Source: Hyphomicrobiaceae bacterium (GTDB taxonomy: Bacteria; Pseudomonadota; Alphaproteobacteria; Rhizobiales; Hyphomicrobiaceae). Taken from it: a stretch of 64,000 nt of DNA. Within the stretch, counting starts at the first letter, position 1. Each line of letters opens with the position of its first letter. The stretch is taken from positions 4,574 through 68,573 of the forward strand of contig JANRJI010000129.1 of NCBI GenBank assembly GCA_033764055.1, given 5' to 3'. The position numbers and the translations under genes are program-made. Of the stretch, positions 34,760 to 43,895 are shown one piece after another. The notes under the pieces are model-generated. The model was not told where the DNA came from. It searched no databases and was given only the letters and a program-made list of their open reading frames with translations.

Positions 34760-34818
34760 CTCAATATTGCCAATTGTCATTTCGCCTGCCTTCTGCAAAA
34801 GTGAAATTGCAAAAAAAA
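34760..34818 (+). promoter_or_regulatory. AT-rich promoter/operator-like region upstream of TRAP operon
   Basis: Palindromes CAATATTG (34762-34769) and CAATTG (34771-34776). Direct repeat TGCAAAA at 34794 and 34808, then an A8 run, 45-100 nt upstream of the dctP-type ATG. Confidence 0.3.
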
Positions 34819-34860
34819 GGCGGCGCCGTTCCGTACCGGCGACCGTAAAGGGAGACAGCT

Positions 34861-35904
34861 ATGAAAACTTGCGCAGCCGGCGCCGCGCTGGCTATTGCGG
34901 CCTGTTGCTTATCGCCAGCGCAGTCCCACGCCCAATCGGCCGACGGCCCGACCATCGAGTGGAAGCACTCGAACTGGGGCAAGCGTCGGGCCAACACCGA
35001 GTTCATCGAGAAGCTGAACGAGATCGTCAAGGCCAAGTCCGGCGGCAAGTTCTCAATCAAGATCGGCTATGGCGAGGTGTTCTCCAAGGACAAGGAGAAC
35101 CTGGACTCGATCAAGCTCGGTGCCATCGATACCGCGGACATCTGTAATTTCTACCACCCAGGCAAGAATCCTGCGTGGATGGTGTTCTCGTTGCCGTTCC
35201 TGCCGTTCGGCACTCTCGAGCAGCACTACGCTGCAGCCAGTGCCGTCATGAAGCATCCGGCGCTTGTCAAGGATCTCGATCGCTGGGACGCTACCGCACT
35301 CGCGTTCAACGTGCTGCCACCCTACGAGTTCATGGGCAAGGGCAAGCCACCCAAGACGCTCGAGGACTGGAAGGGCCTGCGCATCCGGGCTCCAGGTGCG
35401 GTCGGCGAGGCCTTCGCCACGTTAGGCGCAGTTCAATCGACGGTGCCAGCAGTCGAGCTCTATACGGCCATTGAGCGCGGTACGGTCGACGCTGGCTCGT
35501 TCCCGTTCACCTACGCCCATGCTGCCTATCAGCTGCACACCATCTCTGCCTGGTACACGGCCAATCTGTCGCCCGGTAACGCAGGCTGCTTCACAGCCAT
35601 GGCGAAAGCGTCATTCGCCAAGCTGCCGCCGGCCTACCAGAAGGCCCTGCTCGAAGGCGTGCCTGAGGCGGCCAAGACTATGATCGCCGCCTACCGCGAA
35701 GCCGACAAGAAGAACCTGCCGGTGTTCAAGGCCAAGCTGACCGAGATCGTCTACTCGGACGCCGACCTGAAGAAGTTCCGGGAAAAGGCCGCCAAGCCGA
35801 TCTGGGACAAGTGGGTTGCTACCAACCAGTCCAAGTTCGACGCCAAGGACGTCCTCGACACCATGCTCAAAGAGATCGAGAAGGCCAAAGCGACGGCCAA
35901 ATAG
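34861..35904 (+). CDS. TRAP transporter substrate-binding protein (DctP type)
   Basis: GGGAGA SD. Signal peptide MKTCAAGAALAIAACCLSPAQSHAQS; 347 aa; followed by the small and large TRAP permease genes. Confidence 0.85.
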   Translation: MKTCAAGAALAIAACCLSPAQSHAQSADGPTIEWKHSNWGKRRANTEFIEKLNEIVKAKSGGKFSIKIGYGEVFSKDKENLDSIKLGAIDTADICNFYHPGKNPAWMVFSLPFLPFGTLEQHYAAASAVMKHPALVKDLDRWDATALAFNVLPPYEFMGKGKPPKTLEDWKGLRIRAPGAVGEAFATLGAVQSTVPAVELYTAIERGTVDAGSFPFTYAHAAYQLHTISAWYTANLSPGNAGCFTAMAKASFAKLPPAYQKALLEGVPEAAKTMIAAYREADKKNLPVFKAKLTEIVYSDADLKKFREKAAKPIWDKWVATNQSKFDAKDVLDTMLKEIEKAKATAK

Positions 35905-36062
35905 GCTCTTCCGCACAACGGGATAGCCCAGCGCCTGCGTCGGCCATGCGATTGACGCAGGCGCAATGAGCTCGTCCGCCTAGCGATTGCCTCCGCCAGC
36001 CGGCGCAGGACCCCGCGCGGAACTATCGCTTGATCAACCACTTTCTCGCCTTGGAGCACTCG

Positions 36063-36725
36063 ATGGCTCACGCCGAGTTCAGCGACCCGACCGACGGAAC
36101 GGGGGGAGGCGCACTGGGCGCCGTCGACCGTTCCCTGCACCGGATAGAGAAAGTCACCTCCCTGATTGCCGGATACGGCATCTTCGCCCTCATGATGCTC
36201 GGCGTGTGGCACGTCATCGGACGCAAGTTCTTCAGCGCACCGGTGTTCGGCTATATCGACGTGGTCGAGGTGATGATGGCCTTCCTTGTCTTTCTCGCCA
36301 TCGGCTACACCGAGCGGCTCGGCGGACACATCCGCATGGAGCTGCTGATCCTGTTCCTAAAGGGGCGCCTGCTGGCGCTGTTCGAGCTGGTCAGCGTCCT
36401 GCTCGCCCTCGTGGTGGTGGCCGTCATCGGCTATTTCAGCTGGACCCATGCCATGCGCGCCTACACGCTTGGCGACTCGAGCATCGATGCCGAGATCCCG
36501 CTGTGGCCCTCGAAAATGGTGGTGCCGGTCGCGCTCGCTCTCCTCTTCCTGCGCCTGCTGATCAGCCTTTGGGCCTATCTGCGCCTGCTCGTCGATCCGA
36601 CGCGCGCGGCCATCGCTGTCCCCGAGCTTCTATCCCCCGAGGAGCAGGCACGGCGGGAGGCCGAGGCATCGGCTGCATTGGTCGAGGCGGAAATGGGCGC
36701 GGCCTCAGCGCGGGAGGCCCGCTGA
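36063..36725 (+). CDS. TRAP transporter small permease (DctQ type)
   Basis: ATG 36063 after GGAG. Four hydrophobic helices; stop overlaps the next start (ATGA at 36723-36727). Confidence 0.8.
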   Translation: MAHAEFSDPTDGTGGGALGAVDRSLHRIEKVTSLIAGYGIFALMMLGVWHVIGRKFFSAPVFGYIDVVEVMMAFLVFLAIGYTERLGGHIRMELLILFLKGRLLALFELVSVLLALVVVAVIGYFSWTHAMRAYTLGDSSIDAEIPLWPSKMVVPVALALLFLRLLISLWAYLRLLVDPTRAAIAVPELLSPEEQARREAEASAALVEAEMGAASAREAR

Positions 36726-38038
36726 TGGCGCTCGAGCTTTCCAAGGATGCCATCGGCATCATCGGCTGCATTGCGCTCATGATGCTCGTGATCATGGGCG
36801 TGCGCGTCTATGTGGCCGCTGCGCTGGTCGGGCTGGTCGGCATCGTCTCGCTGATCGGATGGAGTGCCGGCGCCGGCATGGTCGGCACGATACCGCACTC
36901 GAAGTCGGTCAACTATACGCTGTCGGTGCTGCCGCTGTTCATCCTGATCGGCTATCTCGCCTATCATGCCGGCATGACGCAGTCGCTGTTCGAGGCGGCC
37001 AAGCGCTGGCTCGGATGGATGCCGGGCGGCCTCGCCATCGCCACCATTTTCGCGGTGGCCGGCTTCTCGGCCGTGTCGGGCGCCGCGACCGCGGCCTCCG
37101 CCGTGTTCGCCCGCGTCGCCATTCCGGAGATGCTGAAGGCCAACTACGACAAGCGCCTGGCTGCCGGTGTCGTCGCCGCGGGCGGCACCCTCGACAGCCT
37201 CATTCCGCCGTCGGCGATCATGGTCGTCTACGCCATCATCGTCGAGGCCTCGATCGGCAAGCTGCTGATCGCGGGCTTCATTCCGGGCTTCGTATCGGCA
37301 CTCACCTATTGCCTGATCGTATTCGCCTGGAGCTTCTGGAACCCGGCCGTGGCAATGCCGATCCGCGGCTACACCTGGGGCCAGCGGTTCGCCTCGCTGC
37401 CCGGCACGCTGCCGATGATCGGCGTCGTGCTGATCATCTTCGCCTCGATGCTGCTCGGCTGGGCGACGCCGACCGAAGCCGGTGCGCTGGGTGCGTTCGT
37501 GGTGCTGGTAGCGGCCCTGCTCAACCGCATGAAGCTCGTCCAGCTCAACGATGCGCTGCTCGAGACGGCGAAGCTCACGGTGATGATCTTCGCCATCATC
37601 TGGGGCATCCTGATCTTCGTGCGCTTCCTCGGATTTGCGGGCGTGCCCGAGCGCTTCTCCGAGTGGGTGGTCGGCCTGCCGTTCCCGCCCTGGGTGATCA
37701 TCGTCGGCATCCTCGGCGTCTATCTGGTGCTCGGCTGCTTCATGGATGCCATCGGCATGCTGCTGCTGACGCTACCGGTTTTCTTTCCGGCCGTCATGAA
37801 GCTCGGCTACGATCCGATCTGGTTCGGCATCGTCGTCGTCAAGATGTGCGGGGTCTGCCTGCTGACGCCGCCGATCGGCCTCAGCTGCTTCGTGGTGGCG
37901 GCGGTGCGACGGGACATTCCGCTGTCCGACGTGTTCAAGGGGGCGCTGCCATTCGTCCTGGCTGACTTCCTGGCTATCGCCATCTTCATCGCCTGGCCGG
38001 AGCTGATCACCTGGCTGCCCGACCAGATGCTCAACTAG
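36725..38038 (+). CDS. TRAP transporter large permease (DctM type)
   Basis: ATG 36725 (MALELSKDAIGIIGCIALMMLVIMGVRVYVAAAL...). 437 aa polytopic protein, in frame within track ORF 35987..38038. Confidence 0.9.
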   Translation: MALELSKDAIGIIGCIALMMLVIMGVRVYVAAALVGLVGIVSLIGWSAGAGMVGTIPHSKSVNYTLSVLPLFILIGYLAYHAGMTQSLFEAAKRWLGWMPGGLAIATIFAVAGFSAVSGAATAASAVFARVAIPEMLKANYDKRLAAGVVAAGGTLDSLIPPSAIMVVYAIIVEASIGKLLIAGFIPGFVSALTYCLIVFAWSFWNPAVAMPIRGYTWGQRFASLPGTLPMIGVVLIIFASMLLGWATPTEAGALGAFVVLVAALLNRMKLVQLNDALLETAKLTVMIFAIIWGILIFVRFLGFAGVPERFSEWVVGLPFPPWVIIVGILGVYLVLGCFMDAIGMLLLTLPVFFPAVMKLGYDPIWFGIVVVKMCGVCLLTPPIGLSCFVVAAVRRDIPLSDVFKGALPFVLADFLAIAIFIAWPELITWLPDQMLN

Positions 38039-38108
38039 GCCCGACCCGCTGACAGCGACCGGACCGCATGCGATAGACGTCGCGGAAAAACCCGAGCGAG
38101 GGCGACGC

Positions 38109-38609
38109 ATGACGGCCGATAGCAGTGCCAAGCGCCACTATGAGGACATCGAGGTGGGCAAGCCCCTCGTTTATGGCGCCTACGAGGTGACCAGGGACGA
38201 GATCTTCGAGTTCGCGCACGCCTACGATCCGCAGCCGCACCACATCGACTAGGAAGCGGCCAAGCTCAGCCTGGTCAAAGGGCTCTGCGCCTCGGGCTGG
38301 CATAGCTGCGCCATGTTCATGCGCATGCTCGCCGACGGCATGCTCAACGATTGTGCGGCGCTCGGCGCGTCCGCCATCGACGAGGTGAAGTGGATGAAGC
38401 CGGTCCGGCCCGGACACGTGCTCAAAGCGCGCTCGACCTGCCAGGGCAAGCGCCTGATGCGATCGCGCCACGGCGTCGGCATCTGCAAAATGCACCACGA
38501 GATCCTCAATCAGCACGACGAGCTGCTGATGGTCATGGAAAACTCCTTCTTCATCGCCGTCCGAGATCCGGCGGCGGTGGGAGCAGGCGACGCGGAGCAG
38601 GCCCGATGA
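38109..38609 (+). pseudogene. MaoC-like (hotdog fold) dehydratase interrupted by in-frame TAG at 38250-38252
   Basis: ATG 38109 after GAGGG. The translation MTADSSAKRHYEDIEVGKPLVYGAYEVTRDEIFEFAHAYDPQPHHID*EAAKLSLVKGLCASGWH... is collinear with the downstream paralog (...YDPQPFHLDEEAAKRSLFGALAASGWH...). TAG sits where the paralog has GAG. Track ORF 38313..38609 is the in-frame 3' remainder. Confidence 0.7.
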
Positions 38610-39106
38610 GCACCTATTTCGAGGACCTCGAGGTCGGCCGCGTCACCGAGCTCGGCAGCCACACGTTCAACGTTGCCGACATCAAGGCGTTCGCGGCCAA
38701 GTACGATCCGCAACCCTTCCATCTCGACGAGGAGGCGGCGAAGCGGTCGCTGTTCGGCGCGCTCGCCGCTTCGGGCTGGCACTCGGCCGCAGTCTACACA
38801 GGCATGAACATCCGCGCCCGCCAGGCGCGCGAGGCCGAGGCCCGTGCACGGGGAGAGGAGGTCGCCCGCTGGGGCCCGTCGCCGGGCTTCAAGGATCTCA
38901 GGTGGCCGCGCCCGGTCCTCGCTGGAGACACAGTGACGTTTCGCCAGATCATTGCGGAGTTGACCGATTTCAAGAATCGGCCGGAGCGCGGCATGCTGGT
39001 CACGCGCGGCGAGGGGTACAACCAGAATGGCGAGCTGGTCTTCCAGGTGACGGGTCAGATCCTCGTGCCGCGGCGCGTGCCGCTCGGAGGAGCAGCGAAG
39101 CCCTGA
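38606..39106 (+). CDS. MaoC-like (R)-hydratase/hotdog-fold protein
   Basis: ATG 38606 overlaps the preceding stop (ATGA). MSTYFEDLEVGRVTELGSHTFNVADIKAFAAKYDPQPFHLDEEAAK...; 166 aa. Confidence 0.8.
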   Translation: MSTYFEDLEVGRVTELGSHTFNVADIKAFAAKYDPQPFHLDEEAAKRSLFGALAASGWHSAAVYTGMNIRARQAREAEARARGEEVARWGPSPGFKDLRWPRPVLAGDTVTFRQIIAELTDFKNRPERGMLVTRGEGYNQNGELVFQVTGQILVPRRVPLGGAAKP

Positions 39107-39142
39107 GGCGCCGCGCGGTCGCTGCGGTCGGCGTGCGACTGG

Positions 39143-40498
39143 CTACCGCCGCCAGTCGCCCCGCTGCGCCATCGGCAGCCCGAGGTTGTCGCGCAAAGTC
39201 GGGCCCCGATAGTCCTTGTGGTAGACGCCGCGGCGCTGCAGCTCCGGCACTACGAGGCGCACGAAGTCCTCGTAGCCGCCGGGCATCTCCGTGGTCGCCA
39301 GTACGTAGCCGTCGCAGGCGCGGCCCTTGAACCAGGCCTCCATCTCGTCGGCGACGTCTTTCGGCGTTCCCTTGAAGATCGGCGCCTCGCGCAGCCGGCC
39401 GCGGCCCGAATGCTCGACGAAATCGCGGACGGTCGGGTTCTTCTTCCCGGAGTTGGCGATGACGCGATCGCGCATGCCGTGCATGCCGGTGAGCGCCGCA
39501 AGCTCGGCGTCGGTGAAGGGCTCGTCCATCGGCTTTGCGCCGAAGTCGAAGTTGATCGCCTCCGACAGCAGCGCCAGCGTATCGATCGGACGGGCCAGAG
39601 CATCGGCGACGGCGAATTTCTCCTCGGCCATGGTCCGCGTCTCACCGACGAAGACGTAGCAGGCGGGAGCGATCACCACCTTGTCGGGATCGCGCCCGGC
39701 CGCTGCGATGGCGCCTTTCACCTCGGTGTAATTGGCCTTGGCGTGGTCGAGATTGCGCACCGAGCAGAAGATCAGCTCGGCCCACCGGGCGGCGAACTGC
39801 TTGCCACGGCCCGATTGCCCGGCCTGGATGATGACGGGCCGGCCCTGCGGCGTCCACGGCACGGTGAAGGGCCCGCGCGACTCGTAGAATTTGCCCTTAT
39901 AGCCGAGCCGGTGGACCTTCCTGCCGTCGGCGAAACGGCCCTGCTTGTCGACGATGAGGGCATCCGGCTCCCAGGTGTCCCAGTGGCCGAGCACCACCTC
40001 CATGAACTCGTCCGCCATGTCGTAGCGGTGGTCGTGGTCGACGTGGGTGTCGCGGCCGAAGTTCAGCGCCTCGCCGTCGTTGACCGAGGTGACGACGTTC
40101 CAGGCCGCACGACCGCCGATCATGTGATCGACCGTCGCCCAGGCGCGGGCGATGTGGAAGGGCTCGAAATAGGTGGTCGAGCCGGTGCCGCCGATGCCGA
40201 GCCTCGAGGACGCGAGCCCCATCACCGTCATGATGGTAGTGACGTCGAGCTTCACCACGCGCACGCCGCCCTCGACCGCCTCGACGTGATCGTTCTTGTA
40301 GCGGTCGGGCATGGCGAGGCGGTCGTCGAAGAAAGCGACGTGGAACTTGCCCTCCTCGAGGATGCGCGCCATGCGCTGGAAGTAGTGCGGCGTCAGGAAG
40401 TCGCTGTGCGACGACGGATGGCGCCAAGAGCCCGTGTAGTTCGAGCAGTTTTGCGCCTGCATGAACGCGATCATGGTGATCTGGCGGGGGGAAGGCAT
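39143..40498 (-). CDS. LLM-class flavin monooxygenase, NtaA/SnaA/DszA subfamily
   Basis: 451 aa. ...IAFMQAQNCSNYTGSWRHPSSHSDFLTPHYFQRMARILEEGKFHVAFFDDRLAMPD... is the typical NtaA/DszA N-terminus. Confidence 0.85.
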   Translation of the reverse strand: MPSPRQITMIAFMQAQNCSNYTGSWRHPSSHSDFLTPHYFQRMARILEEGKFHVAFFDDRLAMPDRYKNDHVEAVEGGVRVVKLDVTTIMTVMGLASSRLGIGGTGSTTYFEPFHIARAWATVDHMIGGRAAWNVVTSVNDGEALNFGRDTHVDHDHRYDMADEFMEVVLGHWDTWEPDALIVDKQGRFADGRKVHRLGYKGKFYESRGPFTVPWTPQGRPVIIQAGQSGRGKQFAARWAELIFCSVRNLDHAKANYTEVKGAIAAAGRDPDKVVIAPACYVFVGETRTMAEEKFAVADALARPIDTLALLSEAINFDFGAKPMDEPFTDAELAALTGMHGMRDRVIANSGKKNPTVRDFVEHSGRGRLREAPIFKGTPKDVADEMEAWFKGRACDGYVLATTEMPGGYEDFVRLVVPELQRRGVYHKDYRGPTLRDNLGLPMAQRGDWRR

Positions 40499-40570
40499 GA
40501 GGGGCTCCGAGACATGAATGGGGATTCGCCTCTCCCCGCCCGCGGGAAGAGGGGGAACCGTCGCGGCGCG

Positions 40571-41380
40571 TTACCACCTCGGAGGCAGGTCGAGACGCAG
40601 GATCTGGCCTTCCATGCCGGGGCCGGCCGCTGGATAGGCCTTGGTCACACGAGCATCATGCCCGGGGATGAGCAGATCGCGATGGCCTGCCAACTGGTTG
40701 ATGCGGCGATAGCCGTCGATCATGCCGGCCAGATCGTAGAAGATGGCGAAGGGGCGCTCGAAGTCGGTCTCGTCGTAGACGTGGACGGCGTCCGAGGCGA
40801 GCAGCACCCATCCGCGCTGGGTGTGGACGCGCAGCACCGCCTGGCCGCGGGCGTGGCCGCCGATCAGAATGAACTCGATGCCCGGCGCGATCTCGACGTC
40901 GCCGTCGTGGAACACCATGCGGTCGGCGTAGACGAGATCGACGAGCTGCTTGACGTCGTCCTGGTGATAGGCGGCGCGGAACGGCTTCATCGTCATGTCG
41001 CGGCCGGTGACGTGGATCATCTCCTCGTCCTGGATGTGGAAGCGCGCCGACTTGTAGTCCTCGAGCGTCCCGACGTGGTCGAAGTGGGCGTGCGTGAGAA
41101 TGACGTCGGGCTCGCTGGCGGCGTCGATGCCGATCCGCTTCAGGGCCTCGCTCGGCCGGCACAGGAAGTCGTAGTTGCGGCCCATGCGCGTCGCCTGCAC
41201 GGCGGTCATGCCGGTGTCGACGATCCAACTCCGCCCGCCGCCCTTCAAGGCATACGTAAAGAAATCGAGGCCCTGGATCATCTTGCCGTGCTGGCCGCCG
41301 ATGAACATGTGGCCCTCGTCGCGCAGATCCTGCTTGGCATAGCGGATGGCGTAGATCTCGTAGGTCGGCAGGCTCGGCAC
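40571..41380 (-). CDS. MBL-fold metallo-hydrolase (N-acyl-homoserine-lactonase-like)
   Basis: GTG 41380 after GGAGGA. YEIYAIRYA..., metal motif THAHFDHVG. Confidence 0.8.
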   Translation of the reverse strand: MPSLPTYEIYAIRYAKQDLRDEGHMFIGGQHGKMIQGLDFFTYALKGGGRSWIVDTGMTAVQATRMGRNYDFLCRPSEALKRIGIDAASEPDVILTHAHFDHVGTLEDYKSARFHIQDEEMIHVTGRDMTMKPFRAAYHQDDVKQLVDLVYADRMVFHDGDVEIAPGIEFILIGGHARGQAVLRVHTQRGWVLLASDAVHVYDETDFERPFAIFYDLAGMIDGYRRINQLAGHRDLLIPGHDARVTKAYPAAGPGMEGQILRLDLPPRW

Positions 41381-41489
41381 GGGTGTCCTCCGTCGGCTCG
41401 AATTTGTCCGGACAAGCTTAAAGGAGGTGCCGGGCTTTTGGCCAGGGCCGCCAAGGGATCCTGCTTCTGCGTGCCGCGTCTTGGAATGC

Positions 41490-42308
41490 TCAACGGCGCG
41501 GCGAGCACACGAGTGCCACGTCGAAATGGCCGTGCGGGCGCTCTGCCATCAGCCTTGCCAGCGAGGCGGTCGGGTGGGTCGTGCCGGACGGCAGCACGGT
41601 GAGCTCGGGTGCAATTGCGGCGAGGCGACGTTGCAGATCGGCGGCGTCGGCCGGTGCATACTTCGCAGGTGTGACCTCGAGGGCGATAGCCTCGCAGGCT
41701 TGCTCGATGGCGACTGTGCCGCTGCGGATCACCTGCGGCTCGAAGCCCTCCACATCGATAAACAAGACGAACGAACGATCGGACGGGACGACGGACGACA
41801 GCGGCTCGACGGCCACTCGGATCGTGTCCTCGGTGGCACCACTCCGCGCCGGGCCGACCAGCGAGTGAGATCCGAGATTCGTCCGGTGGCGGTGCAGCGC
41901 GGCGTGTCCCGGCACATCGCCGACGGCGACCGGAAGGCAGCGGACGTCTGCGTCCGTCAGTTCACCCAGGTTCAGCTCGAGCAGCCGGAAGTTCTCCGGC
42001 TCGGGCTCGATGGCGACGAAGCGCCGGAAGCCGATGTCGTAGGCGTTGAGGCACGCCGTGCCGATATTGGCGCCGACGTTGACGAAGGTCAGGGCCGCCG
42101 GGTCCAGCCGGGCGCTCGACAGCATCCGCCCGAACGCCTCCATATTGGCGCGGCCGAACGAGCCGAGGCGGATGACCTCGGAAGCGATCACCTTGTCGCG
42201 GGTCGAGAGGTGCAGGCGCCGCCCGTCGCCGCGCGTGATCGCAATCTCGTCGACGCCGTTGGCGGCCAGGATGTCGAGCGCGAGGCTGGCACCATGCTTC
42301 GAGCGCAT
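41490..42308 (-). CDS. FkbM-family methyltransferase (start uncertain)
   Basis: FVNVGANIGTACLNAYDIGFRRFVAIEPEPENFRLLELN is the FkbM SAM-binding pattern. First ATG at 42308. Codon bias stays gene-like up to a GTG at 42422, so the true start may be further upstream. Confidence 0.7.
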   Translation of the reverse strand: MRSKHGASLALDILAANGVDEIAITRGDGRRLHLSTRDKVIASEVIRLGSFGRANMEAFGRMLSSARLDPAALTFVNVGANIGTACLNAYDIGFRRFVAIEPEPENFRLLELNLGELTDADVRCLPVAVGDVPGHAALHRHRTNLGSHSLVGPARSGATEDTIRVAVEPLSSVVPSDRSFVLFIDVEGFEPQVIRSGTVAIEQACEAIALEVTPAKYAPADAADLQRRLAAIAPELTVLPSGTTHPTASLARLMAERPHGHFDVALVCSPRR

Positions 42309-42551
42309 GCCGCGTGCCCCGGCGAGGCTCCGCCGCAACAGCTTGAAAAGGCGGCTTCCCTGCTGAGCGTCGGGTCTGTCGGGCCGCGGCACGAGTGTCT
42401 CCCTGTCGTACGCGTCCGACACATGCCGGAAAGCAGGCCCGCGCACAATGGACGCCGGCAGGGTCCGGAGACATCGGTTGCTCCGGCTCGAGCACCCTGG
42501 TTGACGGCAATCGAGCAACGTGCCCGCAGCAAGCCGGATCGTCAGCCTCGC

Positions 42552-43616
42552 TCAGACCAGCACCCTCGCCTCGCGATAGCGCCCGAGATGTGCGAGGATC
42601 TGGTCCTCGGTGTCGACCGTGTCGTGGAAGCCGGCGAGCCGTGCCTTGGTCATGCTCGACACCACGTCGTGCTCGAGGCCCCACAGGAAATCGCCGAAAT
42701 TCCAGGTGACCACGTCCTCCATGCGCGACGAGGCGAGGCCGTGGCGCTTGGCGATCGCCTCCCACACCGGCCCCTTGTCGGCCATCCAGACCGCCAGGTT
42801 GAGCGGCCGCACCTGACCGACCTCGAGCCCATAGAGGCGGGCGATGCGAGGCCATAGCCGCTCCCACCGGAAGACGGTGCCGTCGGTGACGTTGAAGGCC
42901 TCGTTCTGCCCCTTCACGGAGGTCGCCGCCCAGACGATGCCACGGGCGAGCTGGGTCGAGTCCGTCGCCTCGAACAGCGCCGTGTAGTTGGCGGGCTTGC
43001 CGGGGAAATCGAGACGCGTGCCCAACTCACGGCACATCGCGGCCCAGACGCCGATCGTCGGCACGAGGTTGCGCGCCCGTTCCGGCGCGAAGTCGTAGAG
43101 AAAGCCCGGCCGCGACGCCGACCACGTCCAGCGCTTGCCCTTCTGCGCAGCCCTCAGGAGGTCCTCCTGCGCGTAATAGAAATTCGGCGGCATGTGGCGG
43201 GGATCGTCCTCGCGCGCCGGCGACGACATGCGCCCGAGGTGCATGCCGTACCATTTGGTGCCCTCGACCAGGTGCACGTGCTCGAGGCCCCGCGCTGCGG
43301 CCTCGGCGGCTTCGATTAGGTTCTGCATCATGGCGGCATTGCCGGCGACGTCCTCGACGCCCTTCGAGGCGTCCGAGAACTGCGCACGCGCCGTGTAGAA
43401 GACATGCGTCACCTCGGGCACCCTCGCGAGCGCCGCCCGCGTGCTCTCGGGGCTGGTCAGATCGGCGGCGACGAAGGTCAGGCGCGGGTTCTCGGAGCGT
43501 GGCGGATTGCGAGAAAGACCGACGACTTTCCAGCTCGCGTCCGCCAGCAGCACCTCTTTCAGGCGCTTGGCCGCGGCCCCTGTTGCGCCAGCGATCACCG
43601 CCACCTTGCCTGCCAT
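42552..43616 (-). CDS. extended/atypical SDR, NAD-dependent epimerase/dehydratase-like (progesterone 5-beta-reductase-like)
   Basis: AGGAG SD. MAGKVAVIAGATGAAAKRL (GxxGxxA); 354 aa. Confidence 0.75.
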   Translation of the reverse strand: MAGKVAVIAGATGAAAKRLKEVLLADASWKVVGLSRNPPRSENPRLTFVAADLTSPESTRAALARVPEVTHVFYTARAQFSDASKGVEDVAGNAAMMQNLIEAAEAAARGLEHVHLVEGTKWYGMHLGRMSSPAREDDPRHMPPNFYYAQEDLLRAAQKGKRWTWSASRPGFLYDFAPERARNLVPTIGVWAAMCRELGTRLDFPGKPANYTALFEATDSTQLARGIVWAATSVKGQNEAFNVTDGTVFRWERLWPRIARLYGLEVGQVRPLNLAVWMADKGPVWEAIAKRHGLASSRMEDVVTWNFGDFLWGLEHDVVSSMTKARLAGFHDTVDTEDQILAHLGRYREARVLV

Positions 43617-43895
43617 CGTCCGCTCCTGACTGTTGCGAGTTGGCGGCAGACTGTTGCGGCCAGCGACCGCCTGTCAATCGCCGCGGAGGGGGCCGGCCCG
43701 GCGTTCCGATGGCGCTCGTCGCTGCCGATGTGGACCGACCGCCGGACATTCGGCCCGTCAGACGACGCTGGATGACCAGAGCGAGCAAGGCCAAGCCCGG
43801 ATCAGGAATCGGGTGGGCAGCGCAAACGCCCCACTCTAGGGTCGACGTCTGTTTTCGAGACCCCTTCCCGATCTCCCTTCCACGAAGCAGGGCCC

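Noticed and set aside
38250-38252. Programmed recoding (pyrrolysine or regulated readthrough) at the in-frame TAG of the MaoC-like gene.
   Set aside because: No pyl genes or recoding signals are visible, and the paralog has GAG at that codon. A simple nonsense mutation or a sequence error is far more likely.
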